Positions 13,385-26,046 of a stretch of 64,000 nucleotides of DNA are shown here, one piece after another. Each line of letters begins with the position of its first letter. The first letter of the stretch is position 1. The notes beneath the pieces are model-generated. The model was not told the origin of the DNA. It did not search any database and was given only the letters and a program-made list of their open reading frames with translations. The DNA lies in contig CM069142.1 of assembly GCA_035221665.1 (NCBI GenBank), positions 5,890,001 to 5,954,000 on the forward strand, read 5' to 3'. Position numbers and translations under genes: made by a program. This stretch comes from Okamejei kenojei. Lineage: Eukaryota.

Positions 13385-14082
13385 GGAAACGAGGAACTGC
13401 AAATGCTGGAACCTTGGCCAAACACATAGTGCTGGACAATGTCAGCAGGTCAGGCAGCATCTGTGGAGGGGTCGTTCCAGTGGATACACAATGGATGTTT
13501 CGGGTTGGGACCCCTCTTCAGACTAATGGAGTAGGGGGAAAGAAAGCTGGAAAAGAAATGTGGGCACAGGCAAAGCCTGGCAAGTGATAGGTGGATACAG
13601 ATGAGGATGGCGATTGGTAAACAGGTGGTAGTAAGTGACAAAGGCTGGAGGTGAATAGGAGACAAAAAGGTGTCAGATCAGTAGAGGAAAGGAGAAGTGA
13701 AATGTAAAGCTAGAGGGAGGGCTTGTGGGTGGAATGGGGAGGGGAAATAAAAGAGAAATGTGGGACTAGAGGATGGAAGATGAGTGCATGGAGAAGGGGA
13801 AAGGAGATGGGCGACTGGTGAGGTGGGAGATGGTGGGCTAATGTGTGCACACCAGGGTGGGCTACAGAGGAATGACAAGGGGGTAGGCATTGTTTGACAT
13901 TGAAGAAATCAATCTTCATCGCCTGTACTGTCAGAGGGAAAAAAGGTGGAAAACCAACTGAAGAAGGGTTTCGGCCCGAAACGTTGCCTATTTATTTCGC
14001 TCCATAGATGCATAGACACTGAGTTTCTCCAGCACTTTTGTCTACCTTCGATTTTCCAGCATCTGCAGTTCCTTCTTAAACA
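13385..14082. mobile_element. Penelope-like 3' tail (minus) followed by a plus-strand pLTR-type repeat carrying a minimal hammerhead motif
   Basis: CTGAAGA-stem-GAAAC motifs at ~13497-13522 (minus) and 13958-13985 (plus); same tail as the GIY-YIG-bearing copies. Confidence 0.7.
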
Positions 14083-16758
14083 ACAAACTCCTGTCCATGT
14101 TTTTATGCTAACAAGCCCTCTATGCTTGTGAATATCTTTGTTATATATATAAAAGTTGATATTTTAATTAATAATATTTTTTGATGGATCTTTATAAGTT
14201 TTCCAAAACCTTATCATAGCCAACCAATATAATTTCCTCTTCCTACAACTCTAGTTCATCATATTATTTTACAAATAGACCTTCAGCCCAGAGACATTAG
14301 GTTAGACGAACTAGGCTCCAATGTGTGACTATGGGAGTGTGTAGGGGGTCACCTGAAATGAACGGAATTGGGAGTCTGCCGGGTACCACCCACTGCGTGT
14401 AGACCTGGGGGACACCCCAAGGGGCCAAACAATGGGTGCTAAATAGATGAGTGTGGTACCATGGTGTGCTCACTGCCACGCCTACATCAACAACACAAAC
14501 GGCAGACAGTTTCCCGCTGCAAAAGGCTCGCCAGACAAAGGGCCTATAAATGTGCTAGCATAAAGATGAGCAAGGTACCACTCAAAAATAATGCCAAATG
14601 AACAAGTTGAATTCATAGAGTACAAAATGGGATATGCCAGACATATAGTCCGTTGCACTATAGGCACCAGCCACCCTAGACCCTGCTGTCCAACTAGGCT
14701 AGCAGAGATATTGTGGGTACCAGCTGAAAACAAGTTTAAATGCGCTACCACAGCTTGGGGGATATAAAATGACCTATGACAGAACAATTATCTGCTGCAT
14801 TGGGCCTACCAGACCCCATAAGTGGCCCCTTGGGCCAAACTAGGCTAGCCTAGATATTAAAGGTACCAGCTAAAACCAGGTTTAGATGATCAGTCACAGC
14901 CCTGAAAATATAAAATCACTCATGCCAGGATAATAATCCATTGTCTTGGTCCTACCAGACTCCCCAAATAGTCCCTTAATTGCCCAACTGGGGGGGGGGG
15001 GAGTCTTATAGGCACAAGGCAGCGGATAGTTACTCTGGCAACGGTCATTTTGTATTTCCCTTAGGTGTGATAGATCATTTTAAGCAAACATTTAGCCCGA
15101 TGGCAAACATGTCATCCAAAATTGACATGTTGGTCCCGTGCTCATTTGTATATGGCCCAATGCATTTTTAAAATGTATTATTAATGTACTTGGGTAAGGA
15201 ATGATTCATTAAAGAATAACAGACTCAAATGTGAACCCTACCCCTAAGGAAAATTAATTTTGTTATGCTACATAGTTACATTAAACCTTTAAACCTTTAA
15301 ATTCGAAAGATATTGACTCCAAATTGTGTAACATATTCTGCACTTCAATATGTTTACCTGAGAATAATTCTGAAAAGAAAACTGGGTCGACCGTTACTCA
15401 GTTCTTAGATGTGGCCATTTCAAAACAAACAGTCTGCACCAAAAGCAGTCTGAAGTTGACTTTAGCAAAATTGGCAAAAAGCGAACAGCCGGGACATTTT
15501 TTCCAATGAGAAAAAAATTAGCTTGATAACTGTTTCTAAGTTTTATATATGTTTTAATATAGATGATATGATCTTCACAACCATGTGGAAAATTTAGTGG
15601 GTTGCGCATCGGGATGTTAAGAAAACTCACAAGTGTGCCCCAAAATGCTCATCTTTGCATTTTTCAAGCTCATTGAGTGCTATGATTCGCCGGTAGCGTA
15701 ATGGAATGGTAAATTATCATTACAGCCTACAGGATACTCCATGTACATTGTACTATTACTAGTACGAGCTAGGTTTGGTCATTTGCCCAGGATAATATTA
15801 GCATGAACTGTACTAAAGAGCTTTTAATGGGAGAACAATGTGGACGAAAAATACTCCCCTTCAAAGCTTGTTCCTTCATTTGCATGTAGAAAACTTTAAA
15901 AACCTAGGTCATCAAAGTATTTTTTTTATTAGATTGGTTCAGGGTGGTAAACCTAACAAACATAAATACCAAATGATCAGTTTAAGAATCACCAAAAAAT
16001 TAACATTATTGTAGCAATTGTCTTCTTGATCTGTGAATTGAGGTAGGTAAATATTGCAAATGTTCCAAAATTCATACTTACAATTTTAAACACGAGACTG
16101 AATGTAATGAATCTAAAGTACAGAACAAACTATGTGCTGACCACGCCACAGATAAAACATCCTATAATGGCACAAATTGAGCCTGACAATAAACTACATT
16201 ATTGAGTTTAATATTTTAAGCATACACTCACTGCATCACCACTGATATTGCAATTATGTCCATACTATAGGATGTCTGATACGGCTGTCCGTAGTTTTTC
16301 TTAAAGACAGGAGATGACTCTGGAAGCTTATCAAATTAAAGTCCAGCCCTATTTAAGATAAATCATCATCAAATAACATACTATTCCAGCTTAAATTGTA
16401 TTTAGGCCTATATAGCATAGTTTATTGCACAAATTCCACAGGGCTTTTATATGCACTTGCTGATACGCGATCCGAACCACGTGTCAGTCATTATACCTCT
16501 CTGCAGGCCGTGTGCTGTGGGCATGGCATTGGCCCGTGGCATTGGTTTTATCGTAAATTATCAACTGAACACTATAACTGAATCACGCACGATATCCCGG
16601 CATTATACTAGCAAACTATAACTACGTAGAAAAGTAAAACGACAGCCATAAACAGCGATTCTTCACTGCAAAGACTTCCATCCAATCTGATGTTGATATA
16701 TTGTTTGGCTGCAGCTCAGTAGAGCTTGTCACCGCATTCAGCCAAAAGGCCAAACATA

Positions 16759-18377
16759 CAGTGGCTTGCCAAAGTTTTCATACCCCTTGGACTTTTCCAC
16801 ATGTTGTCATGTTACAGCCACAAACGTAAATGTATTTTATTGGGATTTTATGCGATAGACCAACACAAAGTGGCGCATAATTGTGAAGTGGAAGGAAAAT
16901 GATACATGGTTTTCAATTTTTTTTTACAAATAAAAAACTGACAAGTGTGGCGTGCAAAAGTATTCATCCCCCTTTACTCTGATGCCACTAAATAAAATCC
17001 AGTGCAACCAATTGCCTTCAGAAGTCACCTAATTAGTAAATAGAGTCCATTTGTGTGTAATCTAATCTCAGTATAAATACTGCTGTTCTGTGAAGGCCTC
17101 GGAGGTTTGTTAGAGAACATTGGTGAACAAACAGCATCATGACGCCCAAGGAACACACCAGACAGGTCAGGGATAAAGTTGTGGAGAAGTTTAAAGCAGG
17201 GTTAGGTTATAAAAAAATATCCCAAGATTTGAACATCTCACGGAGCACTGTTCAATCCATCATCTGAAAATGGAAAGAGTATGGCACAACTGCAAACCTA
17301 CCAAGACATGGCCGTCCACCTAAACTGACAGGCCGGGCAAGGAGAGCATTGGTCAGAGAAGCAGCCAAGAGGCCCATGGTAACTCTGGAGGAGTTGCAGA
17401 GATCCACAGCTCAGGTGGGAGAATCTGTCCATAGGACAACTATTAGTCGTGCACTCCACAAATCGGGCCTTTATGGAAGAGTGGCAAGAAGAAAGCCATT
17501 GTTGAAACAAAGCCATAAGAAGTCCCGTTTGCAGTTTGCCACAAGCCATGTGGGGGACACAGCAAACATGTGGAGGAAGGTACTCAGGTCTGATGAGACC
17601 AAAATTGAAGTTTTTAGCCTAAATGCAAAATGCTATGTGTGGCGGAAAACTAACACTGCACATCACCCTGAACACACCATCCCCACTGTGAAACATGGTG
17701 GTGGCAGCATCATGCTGTGGGGATGCTTTTCTTCAGCAGGGACAGGGAAGCTGGTCAGAGTTGATGGGAAGATGGATGGAGCCAAATACAGGGCAATCTT
17801 GGAAGAAAGCCTGTTAGAGTCTGCAAAAGAGTTGAGACTGGGGCGGAGGTTCACCTTCCAGCAGGACAACAACCCTAAACATACAGCCAGAGCTACAGTG
17901 GAATAGTTTAGATCAAAGCATATTCATGTGTTAGAATGACCCAGTCAAAGTCCAGACCTAAATCAAATTGAGAATCTCTGGCAAGACTTGAAAATTGCTG
18001 TTCACAGACGCTCTCCATCCAATCTGACTGAGCTTGAGCTATTTTGCAAAGAAGAATGGGCAAACATTTCAGTCTCTAGATGTGCAAAGCTGGTAGAGAC
18101 ATACCCCAAAAGACTTGCAGCTGAAATTGCAGCGAAAGGTGGTTCTACAAAGTATTGACTCAGGGGGGCAGAATACTTTTGCACGCCACACTTTTCAGTT
18201 TTTTTATTTGTAATAAAATTTGTAAACAATGTATCATTTTCCTTCCACTTCACAATTATGCACCACTTTGTGTTGGACTATCACATAAAATCCCAATAAA
18301 ATACATTTACGTTTGTGGTTGTAACGTGACAAAATGTGAAAAAATTCAAGGGGTATGAAAACTTTTGCAAGCCACTG
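16759..18377 (+). mobile_element. Full-length Tc1/mariner (Passport/PPTN-like) element nested in the long-TIR element
   Basis: CAGTGGCTTGC...GCAAGCCACTG termini, ~215 bp TIRs, TA TSD (16757-58 and 18378-79), 1619 bp long. Confidence 0.95.
17139..18158 (+). pseudogene. Tc1 DD34E transposase, 339 codons, three nonsense codons (17265, 17904, 17937), no frameshift
   Basis: MTPKEHTRQVRDKVVEKF...GRPPKL...SDETK...WGCF...FQQDNNPKH...SPDLNQIE...KGGSTKY*. Confidence 0.95.
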
Positions 18378-19314
18378 TATAGAAAGCCAAATAGGACACT
18401 CCAACAGTTTATATCTACTATTAGCCTCTTGTCCCTCTTTTCTCATTGAAATGAGTTGTTGTGGAAATGATCGATAAAGTGGTAAATTTTTTGACACGAG
18501 TCACTTTGTTTTCACTAGCCAAAGGTTGTGGTTGATCATATAAACCTGGTTCAGCTCATACCTTGACTAGCCTACTTGGGCCCGAGGACCTATTGGGGGG
18601 GGGGGGGTCTGGTAAGGCCAAGCGAATGGATTATTATTCTGGCATGAGTGATTATATATTTCCTAGGCTGTGATTGATCATCTAAACCTGGTTTTAGCTG
18701 GTACCTTTAGTATCTAGGCTAGCCTAGATTGGCCCATGGGCCCATTTAGGGGGCCAGCTAGGCCCAATGCAGCAGATAATTGTTCTGTCATAGGTCACTT
18801 TATATCCCCCAAGGTGTGGTAGATCATTTTAGCTGGTACCCACAATATCTAGGCTAATCTAATTGGACAGCAGCATCTAGGGTGTCCATTTTTGGGGTGT
18901 CTGGTACCTCTCGTGCAGCGGACTATATGTGTGGCGTAACCCATTTTGTACTCTATGAACTCAACTTGTCCATTTGGCATTATTTTTGAGTGGTACCTTG
19001 CTCGTCTATATGTTAGCACATTTTTTAGGCCCTTTGTTTGTGTTGTTGATATAGGCGTGGCAGTGAGCACACCATGGTAGTGGATTTAAGTGGTACCTCA
19101 CTCATCTATTTAGCACCCATGTTTTGGCCCCTTGGGGTGTCCCCCAGGTCTACACGCAGCGGGTGGTACCCGGCAGACTCCCAATTCCGTTCATTTCAGG
19201 TGACCCCCCTACACACTCCCATAGTCACACATTGGTACCTAGTTCGTCTAACCTAACGTCTGAGCTGAAGGTCTAAAATGCCAATTTCCACATCCTTAAT
19301 TTTCCTGACAAGTA

Positions 19315-19780
19315 GAATCATAGAGCACTACAGAACGAAACAGGCCCTTCAGCCCACCTTGTCTATGCCAGACATGTTAGCATACTGGGCTAGTCCAATT
19401 TGCCTGCATTTGCCCCATAGCCCTCTAAAACCTTCCTATCCCTATACTGTAAGTGACAAATGTTGTTTAATAGTCTTATTTGTATTCCACTTCGATAGAT
19501 TCCTCTGGCAACTCATTTCAGTTACACATCACCCTCTGAGTGAGAAAAATTGTCTCTGAGGTCCCTCTTAACACTCTCTCCTCAACATAAGTCTACGCCC
19601 TCTAGTTTTACAATCCTCTATCCAGGGAAAATGACTGTGAGTGCTTACTTTATCCATGCCCCCCTTGGGGGTGGGGGTGATCTTGTATACCTCCATAAGA
19701 TCACCCTCAGCCTCCTACACTAGGAAGGAAAATGTCCCAGCCCTATCCAACTTATCTCTATAACTCAAGCCCGCAAGACC
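19315..19780 (-). mobile_element. Degenerate CR1 3' fragment
   Basis: GAAACAGGCCCTTCAGCCCAC tail and CACCCTCTGAGTGAGAAAAA motif. Confidence 0.65.
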
Positions 19781-19856
19781 AATTGATTAGACATAGTTCT
19801 CCATTTTCGTTGTCCCTCATTTCATGAATAGAATATTAATTTCTCTAAATTCAAGC

Positions 19857-20160
19857 TCAGTGGCGCAGGGGTAGTGTTGCTGCCTCACAGCGCCAGAGAC
19901 CCGGGTTCGCTCCTGACTACGGGTGCTGTCTGTACAGAGTTTGCACGTTCTCCCCGTGACCTGCGTGGGTTTACTCACAGATCTTCGATTTCCTCCCACA
20001 TTCCAAAGGCGTATGTTTGTAGGTTAATGGGCTTGAAATTCACTTCAATTGTCCTGACAGTGTGTCGGATAGTGTTAATGTGCAGGGATCGCTGGTCAGC
20101 GCAGACTAGGTGGGCCGAAGGGCCTGTTTCCGTGCTGTGTCACTAAACTAAACTAAACTA
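19857..20160 (+). mobile_element. tRNA-derived SINE, near full length
   Basis: A box GTGGCGCAGGGGTAG, B box GGTTCGCTCC, core, (CTAAA)n tail. Confidence 0.85.
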
Positions 20161-20164
20161 GTAA

Positions 20165-21210
20165 CCCTCGCTTTCCCTCTCTCTCCATCCCTCCCCCATC
20201 CTTGTTCTCTGACTAGTTTCACTGTCCTGATTAAATTTTACGGATTGTATGCCACCGTCTGCTAACAATGGACATTCTGAATTTCCTGATGGTCTTGTTT
20301 GTTCTGTGTTTTCACACCTTACCATTCCATCTCTCTAATGTCTCCCTCTCCCCTGACTCTCAGTCTGAAGAAGGGTCTCGACCTGAAACGTTACCCATTC
20401 CTTCTCTCCAGAGATGCTGCCTGTCCCGCTGAGTTACTCCAGCAATTTGTGTCTATCTTCGGTTTAAACCAGCATCCGTAGTTCCTTGTGTAAGAAGTCC
20501 ACATCTTGAAAAACGGACACAGTAGATGAGGTTGGAGGAGGTGCAAGCGAATCTCTGCCTAACCTGAAAGGTCTGTCGGGGTCCCTGGACAGAGTTGAGA
20601 GAGGAGGTATAGGGACAGGCGTTGTATCTTCTGCGGTTGCAGGGGAAGGTACCAGGGGAGGGGGTGGTTTGAGCGGGAAGGGATGAGTTAACCAGGGAGT
20701 TGCGGAGGGAGACTGAGAACAAGAAAGGGGAGGGAGGTGTCGGAGATGGTCCAAGTAAATTTAAGTGCAGGATGAAAATTGGTGGTGAAGTTGTTGAAGT
20801 CCATGATTTCTGCATGGGTGCAGGAGGGAGCACCGATGCAGTCACCAATCCCAGTTCCAGGTGTACACTGACCCTATCCCCGAACTCTATCTCCGTTACA
20901 TTGATGACTGCATTTGTGCTACCTCCTGCACCCACGCAGAACTCATGGGCTTCATCAACTTCACCACCAATTTCTATCCTGCACTCAAATTTACTTGGAC
21001 CAACTCCAAAACCTCACCTTCTGCATCTATTGTTCAAGGTGTGGACTCTTATACATCGGCGAGACCAAACGCAGACTGGGCGATCGTTTCACGGAACACC
21101 TTCGCTCAGCCCGCCTGAACCAACCTGACCTCCCGGTTGCTGGACACTTTGATTCTCCTTCCCATTCCCACACAGACCTTTCTGTCCTCAGTCTCCTCCA
21201 TTATCAGATA
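20165..21210. mobile_element. Rearranged Penelope-like retroelement (RT and GIY-YIG fragments in both orientations)
   Basis: YLRYIDDC (RT) and YCSRCGLLYIGETKRRLGDRFTEH (GIY-YIG) on plus; CTSSNLIYC on minus; pLTR tail at 20340-20490. Confidence 0.85.
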
Positions 21211-22999
21211 ATGGGTACAATTGATCTAATCCTAATACAACATAAATCTTTCTTTACTGTGGAGGTGGAAAATGATCTACCCAAGTTGAAATGCCTGGGA
21301 TGATCTCATTGCTGAGGGAGAAGTAACAGTGTTGACCTAAATAACTTCTTATTTCAATTATATTTTACATCCTCCCTTTAATGCAACAGAAAGGCACTGA
21401 GTAGCCTCTGGAGAACCACTTCTAATGTTGAGCCCATCTGGAGAATGTTTGAAACCCAGTCTAATTTTTAAAAAGTAATTTATGCTCTCAGATGTAGCAG
21501 CTTTGGAGTTTCCAATCTTAATAATTTAGCATCAATTTATTCGACCGACAGATCAAGAGGAAAATTCCTCTTGGATTCTCACAGTTCTTAAAGTAAACAG
21601 CGTTTGAGAATTTGTGAACTATTAGGGTCCACCAGTTCTATTCAATCTGTTAAATAAAATTGGTTGAACGAGTGAGCCATGTATTGGGCGTGCCTTGATG
21701 GAAGAATACTTCAAGGAGTTGCATTGTTTTAGCTGTTGGCTTGCCCATTGACCTCTTTTACTGAGCCTCTTACTCCACACTGAGTGCTGGATTTACCTCA
21801 CAATTTGAATTCTACTGGGAAGTTTAAATCTGCATAATTCCATATGCATAATTAATTGCTTGTCTTTAATATTTTGAAACGTGTTTTTAATTTGAGGAGC
21901 CAAGGATTTTAGACATAATTTTGTAAACAGACTAGTACACTTCGTAAAGTGAAATGTGCAGCATCCTCAGCTTTACATCTAAATAAATCTCCTTTCAAAT
22001 AATCTCATTGTTATTCATTCTACATTGATAAATGTAGCAATGTCACAAAATGTTGAGATTTAAAAAATCAAGTCTGCAATTTATCCCATCAGATAAAGCA
22101 TAAAAAGAAGTTTAATTTGACACCTAATTCACACTATCTTCAGCATTAAAAAAGTTGTGGTCATTTTCATACTCGGAAATTAGCATCTTGTTCCCCATTG
22201 CTTTTCCATTGACTTTTCCACAATACATGTGACTCAACCTGTTGTGAATATTTAGTTTAACAATAATGATCATGGAGAGAGAATAACACAAAATAAATGG
22301 CCCAATGTTGGCACCATTCTATAGTTGGTCTTACTTGATATCCTGGAGAAACAGGGAGCTGCAGATGCTGGTTTACAAAAGGAGACACAAAGTCCTGGAG
22401 TAACTCAGCGGGTCAAATGCTGTCCGACCCGCTGAGTTGCTCGGGCACGTTGTGCCTTTCCTTGCTCTCCTCTTTGGAGCGGACACCTGGTGTAAACAAG
22501 CTGAGCCATGTGGAACTAGAGTCAAGAGACCCAGTGAAGCGGGACAGGTGTGTGGTACATGGTCGCATTATTTACAACTCACGAGAGAAGTAGCTTGTTA
22601 GGTTTAGCTTTTCCATTGTCACGTGGACCGAGGTACAGTGAAAAGCTTTGTCCTGCTGCATGCCATCCAAACAGATCAGATAATGCCATGCAAGTACATT
22701 AGACAGAGCAAAGCGGAAGATCCAGAGGGCAGAGTATAGTTCTCAGCATGGTAGCATCATGGTTCCAGTGACAAAGTTCAATGTCCGCAATGGGGTAGAG
22801 GTGAATCGGACATTGAGAAACATTGGTACATGCACCGATCCCAGGCGAGTCACCATTAATAAGGGTCCAGTACTCCCCTTGTCCTCTGGAGGAGAGGCTT
22901 GCCGCACCTAATTGGCGCTAGCAGGTGTTTTAAATGATAGTTTTACAATCCTTTGCAAGGAAGACAAAGTGCATCAGCACCTAATTAGAAATATAGTTT

Positions 23000-23300
23000 C
23001 AGTTTTAGAGATATAGGACGTAAATCGGCCCTTCAGCCCACTGAGTCTGTACTGACCAGCAATCCCCGCACATTAACACTATCCTACACACACTAGGGAC
23101 AATTTAAACTTATGCCAAGCCAATTCATCTAAAAACCTGCACATCTTTGGAGTGTGGGAGGAACCTGAAGTTCTCGGGAAAACCCACGCACGTCACGGGA
23201 GAACGTGCAAACTCCGTACAGATAAGGACTCGCAACCAGGATCGAACGCGGGTGTGCGGTGCGGAAGCGCTGTAAGGCAGCAAGTCTATCGCTGCAACAC
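23000..23300 (-). mobile_element. tRNA-derived SINE
   Basis: Reverse complement of the SINE at 19857. Confidence 0.8.
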
Positions 23301-23724
23301 CGTGTCGCCCAGGACACAAAACATTGCAGGTGCTGGACTCTTGAACAGAACACAAAGAGCCGGAGGGTCAGGCAGCATCTGTGGAGGAAATGGGCAGGTG
23401 ATGTTTCAAGTTGACATCCTTCTTCAGACTGCGGAAGTAGAATTAAGGGTCCCAACCTGAGACGTCACTTGTCCATTCCCTCCACAGATGCTGCCTGACC
23501 CGATGAGTTCCTCCAGCACTTTGTGTGTTGCTCTGGAAATACATCTGGGTAACATGCCACCTCCACTTGTGCGCGGTGTAGGCAATAGTAAGTGTGAGAG
23601 GCCGTGACGGCAGCTGTGATCCTCAGGTAATGGGCCGGTCAATGTGAGGTCATTGGTAACTTAAAAGTAATAGCTGGCAAAAAATGTGGTGAAAATAGAC
23701 TAGTAATTGAAATTTTGATTCAAA

Positions 23725-24270
23725 GACACGGCATGGAAACAGACTACAGATCCACACCGACCGACCATCGATCACCCGCTCTCACTAGTTCTATGTTGTC
23801 CCGCATTCTCATCCACTCGCGACACACTCGGGGCAAGTTACAGAGGCCAATGAACCTACAAACTCGTTATATCTCCGACGATGGATAATTGTTTAATACT
23901 CCATTCACTTCTTTACTTTCTATATTATTTTTCTCTATCTTTTCCTACTTTATAAAAATTTTTTTAAAAATGTATAGAAACATAAAGTCTTAAATGTTAA
24001 TATTAATATTAATAATATTATGAATGTATGTAAGAAGTATTTTTTTATTAATATGTATTTACAACTAATAAAAAATATTAATCAAAATAAAAGAACCTAC
24101 AAACTCGCATGTCTTTGGGAGGTGGGAGGAGACCAGAGCACCCAAAGGAAACCCACACATGGTCACAGGGAGAACGTGCAAACTCCCAACAGACAGCATC
24201 CGTGGTGAGGATCGAAGCTGGGTCTTTGGTGCTGTGAGGCTGCAGCTCTACCCACTGGCTCCACTGTGCT
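23725..24270 (-). mobile_element. tRNA-derived SINE interrupted by an L1 3'UTR insertion
   Basis: SINE sequence resumes after the duplicated GAACCTACAAACTCG. Confidence 0.75.
23867..24092 (+). mobile_element. Short 5'-truncated L1 3'UTR with 15-bp TSD
   Basis: Homologous to 28560-28810; AATAAA plus A-rich end; TSD at 23852-23866 and 24093-24107. Confidence 0.8.
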
Positions 24271-24809
24271 GCCCAAATGGATTTCAGCAGGACTATTGAA
24301 GCACACGGTAGATTACATTTCACGCAGAGAATCATGTGGATGGAGAGACAAAGCAAGCAGACGCAACACCTGAGAAAGTCACAACCTGTGGTGGTGGATG
24401 CAGACAAGACATTGGGGCTGCTTTGATGAAGAAATGCATGGCTGAGAAGGCTGACAAAAGCACAAATGGCGCACCGACAGCAAAAAAAACATCAAAAAGG
24501 CAGCGTAGAAATGAGGGGATTATGCTGAATTTGTACAAAGGTGGGCTCTGCCTCAAAAAGTGTGGTCTACACTATCTCAGGAAAGATCTCAAGACCACAG
24601 CAAGAAATCGACAGACTGGCGGGGAATGGAGCTGAAAATCTGAGCTGCAATCATCAAATGGTGGAAAGACTCAGCAGGTCTGGGAAAGAGAAACGGTATT
24701 TATGCTTCAGGCTCCAGATTCATACTTAGCTCAGAAAATCTTTAACATTCTTGCAATGTGTTCAATTTGGCTATTGATTAACATAATAACTGGTACTAAG
24801 TCCGAGATT

Positions 24810-25890
24810 CAGATTCGCATTCCCATTTATTGTCACATGCACCGATTAAGGGACCGTTTTGGCAGTCGCAAGAACGACAACTACGTTTTGGTAACTTATT
24901 TATTAACAAAGTAGCTTCTTAGCTCGCAGCTTCTTACAACACATCTGACCACAACGGTGGTCAGCACTCAACTGCCGCGCGAAAGCGAAACTGCGCGAAA
25001 ACTAGCAGCCCCTCCCGAGTCACGTGACCGCGGCTTCCATACCTGCGCGCGCCAGCAGGTGCCGCTACACTGTGATATTTGAGTTACCATGCAGCCATGC
25101 AATTAAAAGAACACGACACAATTAAAAGAACGATAGAACGGTAACATAAACATCCACCACAGTGATCACTTCCATCGTAAAGTTCAGTCAGTCTTCCTCC
25201 TTTTGTTCACCCGTGTTTGGGGGCCTTGACCCTCCGTAGTGGCCGCTGCGGACGGCCGGATGTACAGGCCCTCACGTCGGGATGATGGAGGCTCCGACGT
25301 CGGGCTGGATGGAGCACACTCCGCAGCTTGAAGTGCCCGAATCGGCCACTTATTTACTGAACACTCGGCAGCTTCTCGATGTTGTAGGTCACAGGCAGGC
25401 CGGCGGTTGGAGCTCTTCTCCGGCGATCCCCGACAAGCCATCCCAGGCTCCCGGATGGTAAAGTCCGCTCCACGCCTGCTGCTAGAATCTCCGCAGACTA
25501 TGTTTCTATGTTTCTATGAATCACAGAGGGGGAGCAGTGAGAGTCACAGAGCAGTGAAAGTCAGCAAGCCGGCGGTTGGAGCCTTTCTTCTGGCTCCGCG
25601 ATGTTAAGGTCCACACCGCGCCTGCTGCTGACGCTCTGGGCCGACTCCGGGACAGGCCGGACCAATCCAAGTCGTTAGGCCGCGAGGGAGGGCGGAAATG
25701 CGACTCGGAGAAAAGTCGAATCTCCGCCGAGGTAAGTGACTGGAAACAGTTTCCCCCTTTTCCCCCCCACCCCCCTCCACACAAAAACACACCGAGAAAC
25801 ATTAATTCACACATTTAGACATACTAAAAAAACATTAAAAAGTCAAAATGACAGACACACTGCTGGCGAGGCGGCCGCGTGCGGCGCTAC
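24810..25890 (-). mobile_element. Unclassified GC-rich non-autonomous repeat containing a possible solo LTR (24851-25069)
   Basis: Same blocks as 7995-9320; CpG-rich internal repeats. Confidence 0.55.
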
Positions 25891-26046
25891 CCGATGACGA
25901 CAGCGTTGGCAGAGCCGTTATTTAGACAAGATGGTGCCAGTACGTATTGGTAGCAAAGGTACAAGTGACCTGGCTGGAAAACAAAATGACATTTAACTTT
26001 TTTCGAGCCACTGGTGCCTGTACCTGCACACTGTTGAACGTTGTTG

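Larger units (their letters stand above)
14276..19275. mobile_element. ~5 kb non-autonomous DNA transposon with ~700 bp TIRs (Academ-like)
   Basis: 14276-~14988 is the diverged reverse complement of ~18572-19275. Termini TAGAC...GTCTA are flanked on both sides by AAA. Confidence 0.75.
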
